A DNA stretch of 64,000 bases from an uncultured Actinomycetes bacterium (lineage in GTDB: Bacteria; Actinomycetota; Actinomycetes; S36-B12). Within the stretch, counting starts at the first letter, position 1. Each line of letters opens with the position of its first letter. The position numbers were made by a program, and so were the translations under genes. The notes below the pieces were generated by a model. That model was not told the origin of the DNA and did no database searches. It saw only the letters and a program-made list of their open reading frames with translations. Shown here one piece after another: positions 19,559 through 29,083 of the stretch. The DNA lies in contig CAVWJW010000008.1 of the NCBI GenBank assembly GCA_963755335.1, forward strand, positions 1,305,684-1,369,683, given 5' to 3'.

Positions 19559-20983
19559 ATGAACGCCACGCCCCGCGTCTGCGCGGTCCGGGATGACGCC
19601 CTGGGGGAGCACGATGCCGTCGGCCTCGTGAAGGCGGTCCACGCCCGCCAGGTCACGGCGGCCGAGCTGGTGGCGGCGGCCATCGACAGGGCCCGAAGCG
19701 TCGACCCGGCACTTCATGCCGTGGTCGCCTGGGCGGCGGACCCGACGTCGGCCACGGGGCCCTTCGCGGGGGTGCCGACCTTCATCAAGGACAACGAGGC
19801 GGTGGCCGGCCTCCCCTCGCGCTCGGGTTCGCGAGCGACCTCGGCCCGTCCGGTGGCGCAGTCCTCCGCCTTCGTCGAGCAGTGGCACGACTTGGGGCTG
19901 AGCATCCTGGGCACCTCAGCGATGCCGGAGTTCGGGCTGACGGCGTCGACCGAGTCTCTGCTGTCCGGTCCGACGCGCAATCCCTGGGACCTCACCCGGT
20001 CACCGGGCGGCTCGTCCGGAGGGTCCGCGGCGCTCGTGGCAGCAGGCGCGGTGCCGATCGCCCATGCGAACGACGGAGGCGGTTCCATCCGCATCCCCGC
20101 AGCATGCTGCGGGCTCGTCGGCCTTAAGCCCTCGCGCGGCCGGCTGCTCCTGCCCCAGGGACATGAGCGGCTCCCCGTCGCGATCGCCACGCAAGGACTC
20201 CTGACGCGCAGCGTCCGCGACACGGCGCGGTTCTATGGCGAGGCGGAGAGGCAGGCCCAGGCCGGCTCCGCACTGCCGCCTGTCGGCGAGGTCGTCGGGG
20301 CGAGCCGCCGACGCCTGCGGATCGCCTTCGCTCCTGAAGGCCCGCCCGGGCTGCCCGTGGATCCCGACGTGCAGGCGGCGGTCGTCGGTGCCGCCCGCCT
20401 CCTTGATGCGATGGGGCATCATGTCGAGCAGGTGGCCTATCCGTTCGGTGAGCAGCTCGGTCGCGACTTCCTGCGCTATTGGGCTGCCCTGGCCTTCGCA
20501 TTGCAGTTCGGCGGGACTCCGGTGCACGGCCCCGACTTCGACGCTCGCCAGCTGGAGCCGTTCACGCTGGGCATGAGCAGGTTCTTCCGCTCCGTCGCGC
20601 CGCGCATGCCGGCGAGCATCCGGCGGCTTCGGCGGTTCGTGGACGAGTACCCGATCGCACTGGGTAAGGCCGACGTGCTTCTCACCCCTGTGACGTCGCA
20701 GGTGGCACCCATCATCGGGTTCCTCGCGCCGGACCTGGACCTCACCACTCACCTTGTGCGCCTGCTGCGCTACGCCTCCTTCACGATGGTGCAGAACGTC
20801 TCCGGCGCTCCGGCGATCTCGCTGCCGCTCGGCAGGAGTACCGACGGCCTGCCGATCGGCGTGCAGGCAGCCGCGCGACGAGGTGATGACGCGATGCTCA
20901 TCGAGCTCGCGTTCGAGCTGGAGGCGGCCGCCTCGTGGGGGAGGGCGCTCAGCGACGAAGGGCTGGCGCCATCGTCACCTTGA
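19559..20983 (+). CDS. Amidase-signature (AS) family amidohydrolase
   Basis: GVPTFIKDN...GGSSGGSAALVAAGAVPIAHANDGGGSIRIPAACCGLVGLKPSRGR is the canonical AS signature with the Ser-cisSer-Lys context. 474 aa, intact. Confidence 0.85.
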   Translation: MNATPRVCAVRDDALGEHDAVGLVKAVHARQVTAAELVAAAIDRARSVDPALHAVVAWAADPTSATGPFAGVPTFIKDNEAVAGLPSRSGSRATSARPVAQSSAFVEQWHDLGLSILGTSAMPEFGLTASTESLLSGPTRNPWDLTRSPGGSSGGSAALVAAGAVPIAHANDGGGSIRIPAACCGLVGLKPSRGRLLLPQGHERLPVAIATQGLLTRSVRDTARFYGEAERQAQAGSALPPVGEVVGASRRRLRIAFAPEGPPGLPVDPDVQAAVVGAARLLDAMGHHVEQVAYPFGEQLGRDFLRYWAALAFALQFGGTPVHGPDFDARQLEPFTLGMSRFFRSVAPRMPASIRRLRRFVDEYPIALGKADVLLTPVTSQVAPIIGFLAPDLDLTTHLVRLLRYASFTMVQNVSGAPAISLPLGRSTDGLPIGVQAAARRGDDAMLIELAFELEAAASWGRALSDEGLAPSSP

Positions 20984-22139
20984 GGCTCTCCGGGCTCATG
21001 CTCGTGCGCATCGCGAGATCGACGTCGTCGAGCGCGAACTCGTGGCTGACCATCTCCGCGAACGGGTAGCGGTCGGCGTAGCGCTCGAGGAGGTCGAGAG
21101 CGGGGACGTAGCCCGTGGACGGGTGGTTGGTCAGGCCGATCAGCCGGATGTTCTTGCTGCAGATGTGTCGATGCACGTTGATAAGGACGTCGCCCACGTC
21201 CGCGAACACACCCATCTCCAGCATCATCCCGCCACGCTTGAGCATCTCGATGCCCTCGACGAATGAGGCCGTCCCGTTGGCCATGTGCAGGACGACATCC
21301 GCACCGCGGCCGCGCGTGAGTTGACGAATGAGGTCGACGCGCTCCTCAGTCGACGTTGTCGACACGTTGACCGTGTGGTCGGCGCCCATCTGCTTGGCGA
21401 ACGCCAGCCGCGTCTCGCTGAGGTCGGTCACGACGATCTGGCCGGCGCCCATCATGTCGGCCTTGGCGACGTGGAGCAGGCCCAGCGGCCCAGCGCCGAT
21501 GACGACGACGGTCGCACCGGAGTTGAAGCCCTCGTAGGACATGGACGAGAACTCCTTCAGCTTGTCGAGCGACGCGGCGCAGGCCATGAGTTCGGCCAGC
21601 ACGGCGATGCGCGGTGACAGGCCGCTCGGAACCTTGTACACGAACGTGTCAGGACGGATGTACATCTGCTCCGCCCAGCCGCCCATCAGATGCGGCCACT
21701 CGGCCGACGAGTACGAGTTGCCGTAGCAGCGGCTGTTCTCGCACCACACGTAGCCCATGACGTGCTTGCACTCGTAGCAGTGTCCGCACACGACGTCGGG
21801 ACACATGACGATGCGGTCGCCGACTGCGAGCGCCTGCCCGGAGAACTCGAGGTGCCGAGCTGCCAACGGAGTGATCTCGGACACGACGCCAACGTTCTCG
21901 TGACCCTGGATGATCGGGAACGGGGTCGTCGACTCCGCCTTCGTCCCGGCGTACTGCTTCGTCTCGCCCTGATAGGTGTGCTTGTCGGTGCCGCAGATGC
22001 CGGACAGCTCGATCTCCATCATCAGCGCGCCATCGGGCAGAACCGGCCGGTCGAACTCCTGGATCTCGTACCTGCCTGGTGCCGTGAGGACAGCAGCCCG
22101 CACCTTCTCGCCGATGCCGTCCACCTCTATTCCCGTCAA
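20949..22139 (-). CDS. Zinc-dependent medium-chain alcohol/polyol dehydrogenase (MDR family)
   Basis: GICGTDKHTYQGE...QGHENVGVVSEI (catalytic Zn), CGHCYECKH (structural Zn), VVVIGAGPLGLL (Rossmann fold). 396 aa. Tail overlaps the amidase end by 35 nt (convergent genes). Confidence 0.8.
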   Translation of the reverse strand: MTGIEVDGIGEKVRAAVLTAPGRYEIQEFDRPVLPDGALMMEIELSGICGTDKHTYQGETKQYAGTKAESTTPFPIIQGHENVGVVSEITPLAARHLEFSGQALAVGDRIVMCPDVVCGHCYECKHVMGYVWCENSRCYGNSYSSAEWPHLMGGWAEQMYIRPDTFVYKVPSGLSPRIAVLAELMACAASLDKLKEFSSMSYEGFNSGATVVVIGAGPLGLLHVAKADMMGAGQIVVTDLSETRLAFAKQMGADHTVNVSTTSTEERVDLIRQLTRGRGADVVLHMANGTASFVEGIEMLKRGGMMLEMGVFADVGDVLINVHRHICSKNIRLIGLTNHPSTGYVPALDLLERYADRYPFAEMVSHEFALDDVDLAMRTSMSPESLKVTMAPALRR

Positions 22140-22226
22140 GCATGCGCCCTGAGAACGTGTGGAGTCTCACGGTAGTCCCGTTCCGCGTGGGTCGAATGGC
22201 CCTACTGAGCCGCCACGTGCCGACTA

Positions 22227-25200
22227 GTGTCGAAATGTCAACAACTGAAGGGTGCGGACGTGGCGTTGTGGGAATGTCTTGATGGCAACGAGGCGGTGGC
22301 TCTGGTAGCCCACCGCCTCAGTGATGTGTGCGCCATCTACCCGATCACGCCATCGTCGGCGATGGGGGAGTTCGCCGACGCGTGGAGCGCAGCGGGACGG
22401 ACGAACCTGTGGGGCACCGTGCCCCAGGTGGTGGAGATGCAGTCGGAGGGCGGCGCGGCGGGAGCGCTTCATGGTGCCCTGCAGAAGGGCACCCTGGCCA
22501 CGACATTCACCGCCTCGCAGGGCCTGCTGCTCATGCTGCCGAACATGTTCAAGATCGCCGGCGAGCTCACGCCTGCCGTGATCCACGTCGCGGCCCGTGC
22601 CCTGGCGACGCATGCACTCTCCATCTTCGGCGACCATTCCGACGTCATGGCGGCGCGCGGCACCGGCTTCGCCCTGCTGTGCTCGTCCTCTGTCCAGGAG
22701 GCGCACGACTTCGCGCTCGTCTCGCACGCCGCGACGCTGCGCACCCGCGTCCCCTTCCTCCACTTCTTCGACGGGTTCCGGACCTCGCACGAGGTCGACA
22801 AGATCCAGCTGCTCGACGACGAGGACCTGCGGGCAGTCATGCGCTACGGCGATGTCCTCGACCACCGCGCCCGCGGCCTGACGCCCGAGCGTCCGGTGCT
22901 GCGCGGCAGCGCGCAGAACCCCGACGTGTTCTTCCAGGCGCGGGAGGCGGCCAACCCGTACTACGACGCCGTCCCCGGCGAGGTCCAGGCCGTCTTCGAC
23001 CAGCTCGGCGAGCGGACAGGACGCCGCTACTCCCTCGTGGAGTACTACGGCGCCGCCGACGCCGATCGCGTCGTCGTGCTCATGGGCTCTGCCGCCGGCA
23101 CCGCCCAGGAGGTCGTCGACGCCCTCAACGCGACCGGGGAGAAGGTCGGTCTCATCACCGTCCGCCTGTACCGTCCGTTCCCCATCCAGGCCTTCCTCGA
23201 AGCCCTGCCTTCGACCGTCACGTCCATCGCGGTGCTCGATCGCGTGAAGGAGCCGGGTGCCCCGGCCGAGCCGCTCCACCTCGATGTCGTCCTCGCCCTG
23301 CATGAGTCCCAGCGCGCCGTTCGCGTGATCGGGGGCCGCTACGGCCTGGGGTCCAAGGAGTTCACGCCCCAGGATGTGGCCGCGGTGTTCACCGAGCTTG
23401 CGTCGGACCACCCCCGTCCGCGGTTCACCTCGGGCATCGTCGACGACGTGACGCACCTGTCGCTGCCCCGCGACCCCGACTTCCACGTCCAGGGCACCGC
23501 CAGCAGCGCCGTGTTCTACGGCCTCGGCAGCGACGGCACCGTGGGAGCGAACAAGTCGAGCATCAAGATCATCGGCGACAACACCGACCTGTGGGCCCAG
23601 GGCTACTTCGTCTACGACTCGAAGAAGTCCGGCTCCGTCACCGTCTCGCACCTGCGCTTCGGTCCCGACCCGATCCGCTCGACCTACCTGATCGATGACG
23701 CCGACTTCGTCGCGTGCCACCAGTTCGGTCTTCTCGAGCGGTTGAACGTCCTTGATGCTGCCCGCCCGGGCGCGACCTTCCTCGTCAACGCCCCCCAGGC
23801 GCCCGATCAGGTGTGGGAACACCTCCCGATCGAGGTCCAGCAGCAGGTGATCGCGAAGGGGCTCGATGTCTGGGTCGTCGACGCGACGAAGATCGCCCGC
23901 GAGGTCGGTCTGGGGGGACGTATCAACACCGTGATGCAGCCCTGCTTCTTCGCCCTGTCCGGAGTGCTCGATCGCGACGCCGCGGTGCACCTGATCAAGG
24001 AGAGCATCGAGAAGACGTACAAGAAGCGGGGCCGCACGGTCGTGGAGCGCAACCACGCCGCTGTCGACCGCGCGATCCTGGAGATGCATCAGGTCCAGGT
24101 GCCGACGACGGCGGACTCGACACTGCGACGGCTCCCGCCGGTTGCTGCCGGCGCGCCCGACTTCGTGCGCGAGGTCACCGCTCGCATGCTCGCCGGCGAG
24201 GGCGACCTGCTGCCGGTGAGCGCCCTGCCCATCGACGGGACGTTCCCGACGGGCACGGCCAAGTGGGAGAAGCGCGGCCTCGCCGACGACATCCCGATCT
24301 GGGACGCCGACCTGTGCATCGACTGCGGCAAGTGCGCGATCGTGTGTCCGCACGCCGCGATCCGATTGAAGGTGTATCCGGAGGCGGCGCTCGCCGACGC
24401 CCCCGACTGGTTCAAGAGCAAGCCGTACGGGGGCAAGGAGCTTCCCGCGGGCACGCGCCTCACGGTCCAGGTCGCGCCGGATGACTGCACGGGCTGCGGG
24501 ATCTGCGTCGACGTCTGCCCGGCTCGCAGCAAGTCGGAGGTCAAGCACAAGTCGATCGACCTGCTGCCGGCCGCCGAGCATCGCGACGCCGAGCGCGTCC
24601 AGTACGACTTCTTCCTCGGGCTTCCCGAGGTGGACCGCTCAGCGGTGCGGCACGACACGGTCAAGGGGTCGCAACTGCTCCAGCCGCTCTTCGAGTTCTC
24701 GGGGGCATGCTCGGGATGCGGCGAGACCCCGTACCTGAAGCTGCTGACCCAGCAGTTCGGCGACCGGATGGTCGTGGCCAACGCCACGGGCTGCTCGTCG
24801 ATCTACGGCGGCAACCTGCCCACGACGCCCTGGGCGACCGACGCCGCCGGCCGCGGCCCGGCCTGGAGCAACTCGCTGTTCGAGGACAACGCGGAGTTCG
24901 GCCTGGGGATGCGGCTCGGAGCGGACGCCCAGCGCGACGAGGCGCGGCGACTGCTGTTCGAGCTGTCCGACGAGGTCGGCACCGACCTGGCTGCCAGCCT
25001 GCTCGAGGACGAGCCCGGTCCGGCCGATGAGCCCGGCATCGCCCAGCAGCGACGCGAGGTCGGAGAGCTGCGCGAGCGGCTGCGCGGGTCCGTCAACCCG
25101 AAGGCCCGCATCCTCGAGAGCCTCGCCGACGCGCTCGTGCCGGTCTCGGTGTGGATCGTCGGCGGCGACGGTTGGGCCTATGACATCGGCTTCGGCGGCC

Positions 25201-25863
25201 TCGACCACGTGCTGTCGAGTGGCCGCAACATCAACATCCTGGTGCTCGACACCGAGGTGTACTCCAACACCGGTGGCCAGGCGTCGAAGTCGACCCCGCG
25301 CGGCGCCACGGCGAAGTTCGCGTCGCAACGGCAAGGTCACGCGCAAGAAGGATCTCGGGCTGCTCGCCCAGGCCTACGGCGACGTGTACGTGGCCCAGAT
25401 CGCCCTCGGCGGAAACGAGACGCAGACGGTCCGGGCGATGCGTGAAGCGGCGGCCCACGAGGGGCCCAGCCTGATCATCGCCTACAGCACCTGCATCGCC
25501 CACGGCATCGACATGGCGACGTCGATGACGCACCAGAAGCAGGCGGTGGCCTCGGGCTACTGGCCGCTGTACCGCTACCACCCCAGTCCCGAGGCGGGCA
25601 CCCATCCGTTCAGCCTCGACTCCAAGAAGCCGACGGTGCGCCTGCACGAGTTCCAGGAGCAGGAGACCCGCTTCGCCGTCCTCGAGCGCTCGGATCCCGC
25701 GCGGGCCGAGCACCTGCAGGCGCTGGCCCAGGCCGACGTCGACGAGCGATGGCACTACTACGAGCAGCTGGCCGGCGTCGAGCGGAACATCCCGATCGAC
25801 GAGAACGAGAACGCCAGCCATCCGGATCACGAGGAGGAGCTTGCGGAGAGGGGCGAGACGTGA
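22227..25863 (+). CDS. nifJ: Pyruvate:ferredoxin/flavodoxin oxidoreductase, single-polypeptide type, 1 frame break
   Basis: DGNEAVALVAHRLSDVCAIYPITPSS...EMQSEGGAAGALHGAL..., two 4Fe-4S motifs (CIDCGKCAIVCP, CTGCGICVDVCP), and GCGETPY...GGDGWAYDIGFGGLDH (TPP domain). The C-terminus continues in the 25027..25863 frame after an extra base near 25326. The start could be GTG 22260. Confidence 0.85.
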
Positions 25864-25865
25864 AC

Positions 25866-26855
25866 ATGGAGTCGGTCTACCTGGGCATGACGTTGAGGTC
25901 CCCGCTGGTGGCGTCGCCGTCACCGCACACTGGGCGCCTCGACACTCTGCTGCGACTCGATGACGCCGGCGTCGGCGCCGTGGTCCTGCCGAGCCTCTTC
26001 GAGGAGGAGGTCGAGACCGAGTCGATGACGCTCACCACCCGCATGGAGGCTGGGTCGGGCGTGTTCGGCGAGGCGCCGGGGTACTTCCCCGACCTGGACC
26101 TCGACCACCTGGGCCTCGAGCGGCACCTCATGCTGGTGGAGGAGGCGAGCCGTCGGCTGTCGGTCCCCGTCATCGCCAGCGTGAACGGCCGGTCCGCCGG
26201 CGGCTGGGTGCGATACGCGCAGGACATGGTCGAGGCGGGCGCGCGCGCAATCGAGCTGAACATGTACGACGTCGCCGTCGATCCGACGATGACCGGGGCC
26301 GAGGTCGAGGCCGGATACCTCGATCTCGTGCTTGCCGTGTGCTCAGCCGTGGACGTACCGGTCACCGTCAAGCTGTCGCCGTACTTCTCCTCCTTCGCCA
26401 ACTTCGCGCGACGGGCGGTCGAGCACGGAGCCAGCGGCCTGGTGCTGTTCAACCGGTTCTACCAGCCGGACCTGGACCTCGAGACCCTCGACGTGACACC
26501 GAAGCTGGAGCTCTCGCGGCCTGGCGAGCTGCGACTGCCCCTGCGGTGGATCGCCGTGCTGCGGACACAGCTGCCGAAGACGAGCCTGGCGTTGACGTCC
26601 GGCGTTGCGGCCGGCAGCGACGTGGCCAAGGGCCTGCTGGCCGGAGCCGATGTGGTCATGAGCACCTCTGAGCTCCTGCGCCAGGGACCGGAGCGGGCCC
26701 GCGAGCTCCTTGCCGACCTTCGGGCGTGGATGGAGGAGCACGACTACGAGTCGGTCGACCAGTTGCGGGGCAGCGTGGCCCAGCACGCCGTGCCGGATCC
26801 CGGAGCGTACGAGCGCGCCCAGTACCAGAAGGTGCTCAAGTCCTGGCACAACTGA
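25866..26855 (+). CDS. Dihydroorotate dehydrogenase-like TIM-barrel flavoprotein
   Basis: MESVYLGMTLRSPLVASPSP...IELNMYD...VTVKLSP...LVLFNRFYQPDLD...GGVAAGSDVAKGLLAGADVV. Starts 3 nt after the PFOR stop. Confidence 0.65.
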   Translation: MESVYLGMTLRSPLVASPSPHTGRLDTLLRLDDAGVGAVVLPSLFEEEVETESMTLTTRMEAGSGVFGEAPGYFPDLDLDHLGLERHLMLVEEASRRLSVPVIASVNGRSAGGWVRYAQDMVEAGARAIELNMYDVAVDPTMTGAEVEAGYLDLVLAVCSAVDVPVTVKLSPYFSSFANFARRAVEHGASGLVLFNRFYQPDLDLETLDVTPKLELSRPGELRLPLRWIAVLRTQLPKTSLALTSGVAAGSDVAKGLLAGADVVMSTSELLRQGPERARELLADLRAWMEEHDYESVDQLRGSVAQHAVPDPGAYERAQYQKVLKSWHN

Positions 26856-26902
26856 ACGTCGCCTGAACCTTCGTTCGGGCGCGGGTGTGCTGGAATGGAC
26901 GG

Positions 26903-28406
26903 ATGAGCCCGAAGCGAACCGCCCGCCGATCAGTCGTCAGCGTCCTCACCCTCCTGGCCCTCGCCGTGGCCGCGCTCGTCGGCGCCCGACCGGCCAGCGC
27001 GGCAGTGTTCGTGACCCTGACGGTCGCGAACGGCACGGTCGGGGTCGCGCAGAAGGTGACCGCGGCCGTCGACTCGTCGGCCATCGGCTCCCCGCCCGGC
27101 ACCGTCGTCATCACGGCCGACGGCACGCAGATCGGCACTCAGAGCGTCGGAGGCTCGAGTGGCGGCACGGTCGATCATCTCGTGGACACCCACGTCCGCC
27201 AGGAACTCGGTGATCGTGGCAGCGTTCACGGCCGACACCGGCGACCTCGCCTCGGCGACCAAGACGGTGACCATCGCGAAGGTCGACACGGTCACGGACA
27301 CGACCGTTCCCGGCTCGGCGGCGACGAACACCCAAGTGACCCTCGCGGCTGTGGTCCGCGTACGGGACGGGAACTACGTTCCGACCGGCGGCGTGACGTT
27401 CTACCGCAGTGACGGCAGCACGCTGGGAACCGCCCAGCTCGACCGCAACGGGCGAGCAAGTGCGACCTATCGCACGCCCAGCTCGGCGGGCACGGTCAGC
27501 CTCTACGCGATCTACAACGGCGACGCGAGTGCGAATGCTTCACCACGTAGCGCAACGGACACGATAAGGGTCACCACGGTCGCCGCGACAGTCGCGCTCA
27601 GCGCGCCGCAGACCAACTACGTCAACTCACCCGTCGTGCTGACGGCGAGGATCACCCCGACGTCCGGCACCGGCACCGTGGACTTCTCGGTCAACGGGAA
27701 GTACATCGGCACCGGCAGGGTTGCCGGCGGCGTGGCGACGCTCACGTGGGTGCCGAGCGCCTTGGGCACGTTCACGGTCACGGCGAACTACAGCGGTGGG
27801 AACGGCGTGGGCACGGGAACCGCGTCCAACCGTGTCAGCGTGACGATGCCGCAGAAGCCCGACCTCATCACGCTCGCCCTGGCCGGCACGTCGACCGTGT
27901 GGCCCGCCGGCTCGACCCACCCGCTGTCCAACGGTGCGACGCAGTCCTTCACCGTCACCAGCTCGTCCGGCCTGCCGGTGACCTTGTCCGTCACGGGGCC
28001 GTGCGCGATGACGGCACCCACGACGCTGCACGTGCGCGGCGTCGGCGCACCGTGCGTCCTGTCGGCGTCCACGGCCGGTGGCAACGGCTACTCGCCGACC
28101 ACCCAGAAGTACACGATCGTCACCGCCTCGGGTCCCCAGACCGCCAAGGTCAGCGCGCCGAAGTCCGGCACCTACAAGCGCGGTGCGACGCTCAAGCTCA
28201 GCAGGACCTCCACGGTGACGAACCTGAACAAGCCCGTCACGTGGAAGGTCACCAAGGGCACCAGTGTCTGCAAGGTGGCCCGCGCCGGCTCCTGGTACAA
28301 GCTGAAGCTGGTCAAGCGGGGGACCTGCAAGGTCCGTGGCTCGGCACCGGCGATCCCCGGCCAGTGGACCGCCTTCACGACCAATCGCACGTATACGGTG
28401 CGGTGA
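26903..28406 (+). CDS. Secreted protein with repeated bacterial Ig-like domains, 1 frame break
   Basis: Signal peptide MSPKRTARRSVVSVLTLLALAVAALVGARPASA. Repeated ~90-aa beta-rich T/V/S/G units (VTFYRSDGSTLGTAQLDRNGRASATY..., VDFSVNGKYIGTGRVAGGVATLTW...). Shift near 27170. Confidence 0.6.
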
Positions 28407-29032
28407 TGACCACCCTTGCCCTCCGATCCGCCATCCTCGTCGTCTCGACGATCTTGGTCGCCGGCTGCTCGTCCTCTGGCACCACCGCCGAGAGCACGCC
28501 GACCCCCACCCCCACGCCCACGCCGCCCTCGGTCGTATGGGCCGGTGACGTGTGCGTGGGCTTCGATCGCGTCAAGACCAGCGTCGGCGCCCTCGGGCAC
28601 AACCTCACCTTCAAGACATCCACGGACGCCTCGCTGATCGATCAGGCGAGCAGGCAGCTGCGCATCCAGGTGCTCGCGGTGGCGGACGCTGCCGACTCGC
28701 TGATGACCACGCTGCGCGAGGTGCCCGTCGACTTCGTCGCTGCCAACGACATGGTCGTGTCGCTCACCCAGCCGAGCCAGGCGACCAAGTCCGCCATCAC
28801 CGAGGTCACCGCGCACCTCGACGCGGCCGGCAGCGCCGGAAACGTGATTGCGGCCGCGGGCGAGGTCGGACAGGCGATCGCCGCCGCAGGAACCGCCTTC
28901 GAGTCGGGCAAGCAGCTGGTCTCGGCGATTGGAGACGCGACCACACAGGCGAAGGGCGAGCTGCAGGACGCCTTCGCCGCCGCGCCAGCGTGCGCAGCGC
29001 TCACGGGGTCGCCGTCACCGTCGGCATCGTGA
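28406..29032 (+). CDS. Lipoprotein of unknown function
   Basis: MTTLALRSAILVVSTILVAGCSSS (lipobox L-V-A-G-C), a TPTPTPTPTP linker, then an alanine-rich helical domain. TGATG overlap with the upstream gene. Confidence 0.65.
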   Translation: MTTLALRSAILVVSTILVAGCSSSGTTAESTPTPTPTPTPPSVVWAGDVCVGFDRVKTSVGALGHNLTFKTSTDASLIDQASRQLRIQVLAVADAADSLMTTLREVPVDFVAANDMVVSLTQPSQATKSAITEVTAHLDAAGSAGNVIAAAGEVGQAIAAAGTAFESGKQLVSAIGDATTQAKGELQDAFAAAPACAALTGSPSPSAS

Positions 29033-29045
29033 CCTCGCCGCCGGC

Positions 29046-29076
29046 TTGACCCTGACGCGGCGTGAGGCCGTAGCGT
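29046..29076 (+). promoter_or_regulatory. MerR-type promoter with 19-bp spacer and internal imperfect dyad; leaderless start
   Basis: TTGACC (29046-29051), 19 nt, TAGCGT (29071-29076). The spacer holds CCTGACGC/GGCGTGAGG, an imperfect dyad. The GTG start at 29084 lies 8 nt after the -10. Confidence 0.4.
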
Positions 29077-29083
29077 CATCGAT

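Noticed and set aside
22224-24581. 785-aa ORF on the minus strand
   Set aside because: It lies antisense to the PFOR gene, whose motifs are unambiguous on the plus strand. The product is an R/G/D/H/V-rich low-complexity string typical of stop-free shadow frames in ~70% GC DNA.
22227-26855. Treating PFOR and the DHOD-like protein as integral members of the BMC locus
   Set aside because: They are separated from the BMC operons by a convergent dehydrogenase gene and have their own promoter region. No encapsulation-type termini were seen. The possibility is kept only as a low-interest hypothesis.
28497-28530. Short tandem ACGCC/ACCCC repeat (possible repeat array)
   Set aside because: It encodes a (Thr-Pro)5 linker directly after the lipoprotein signal peptide. 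It has no spacer structure and is not a CRISPR or a non-coding repeat.
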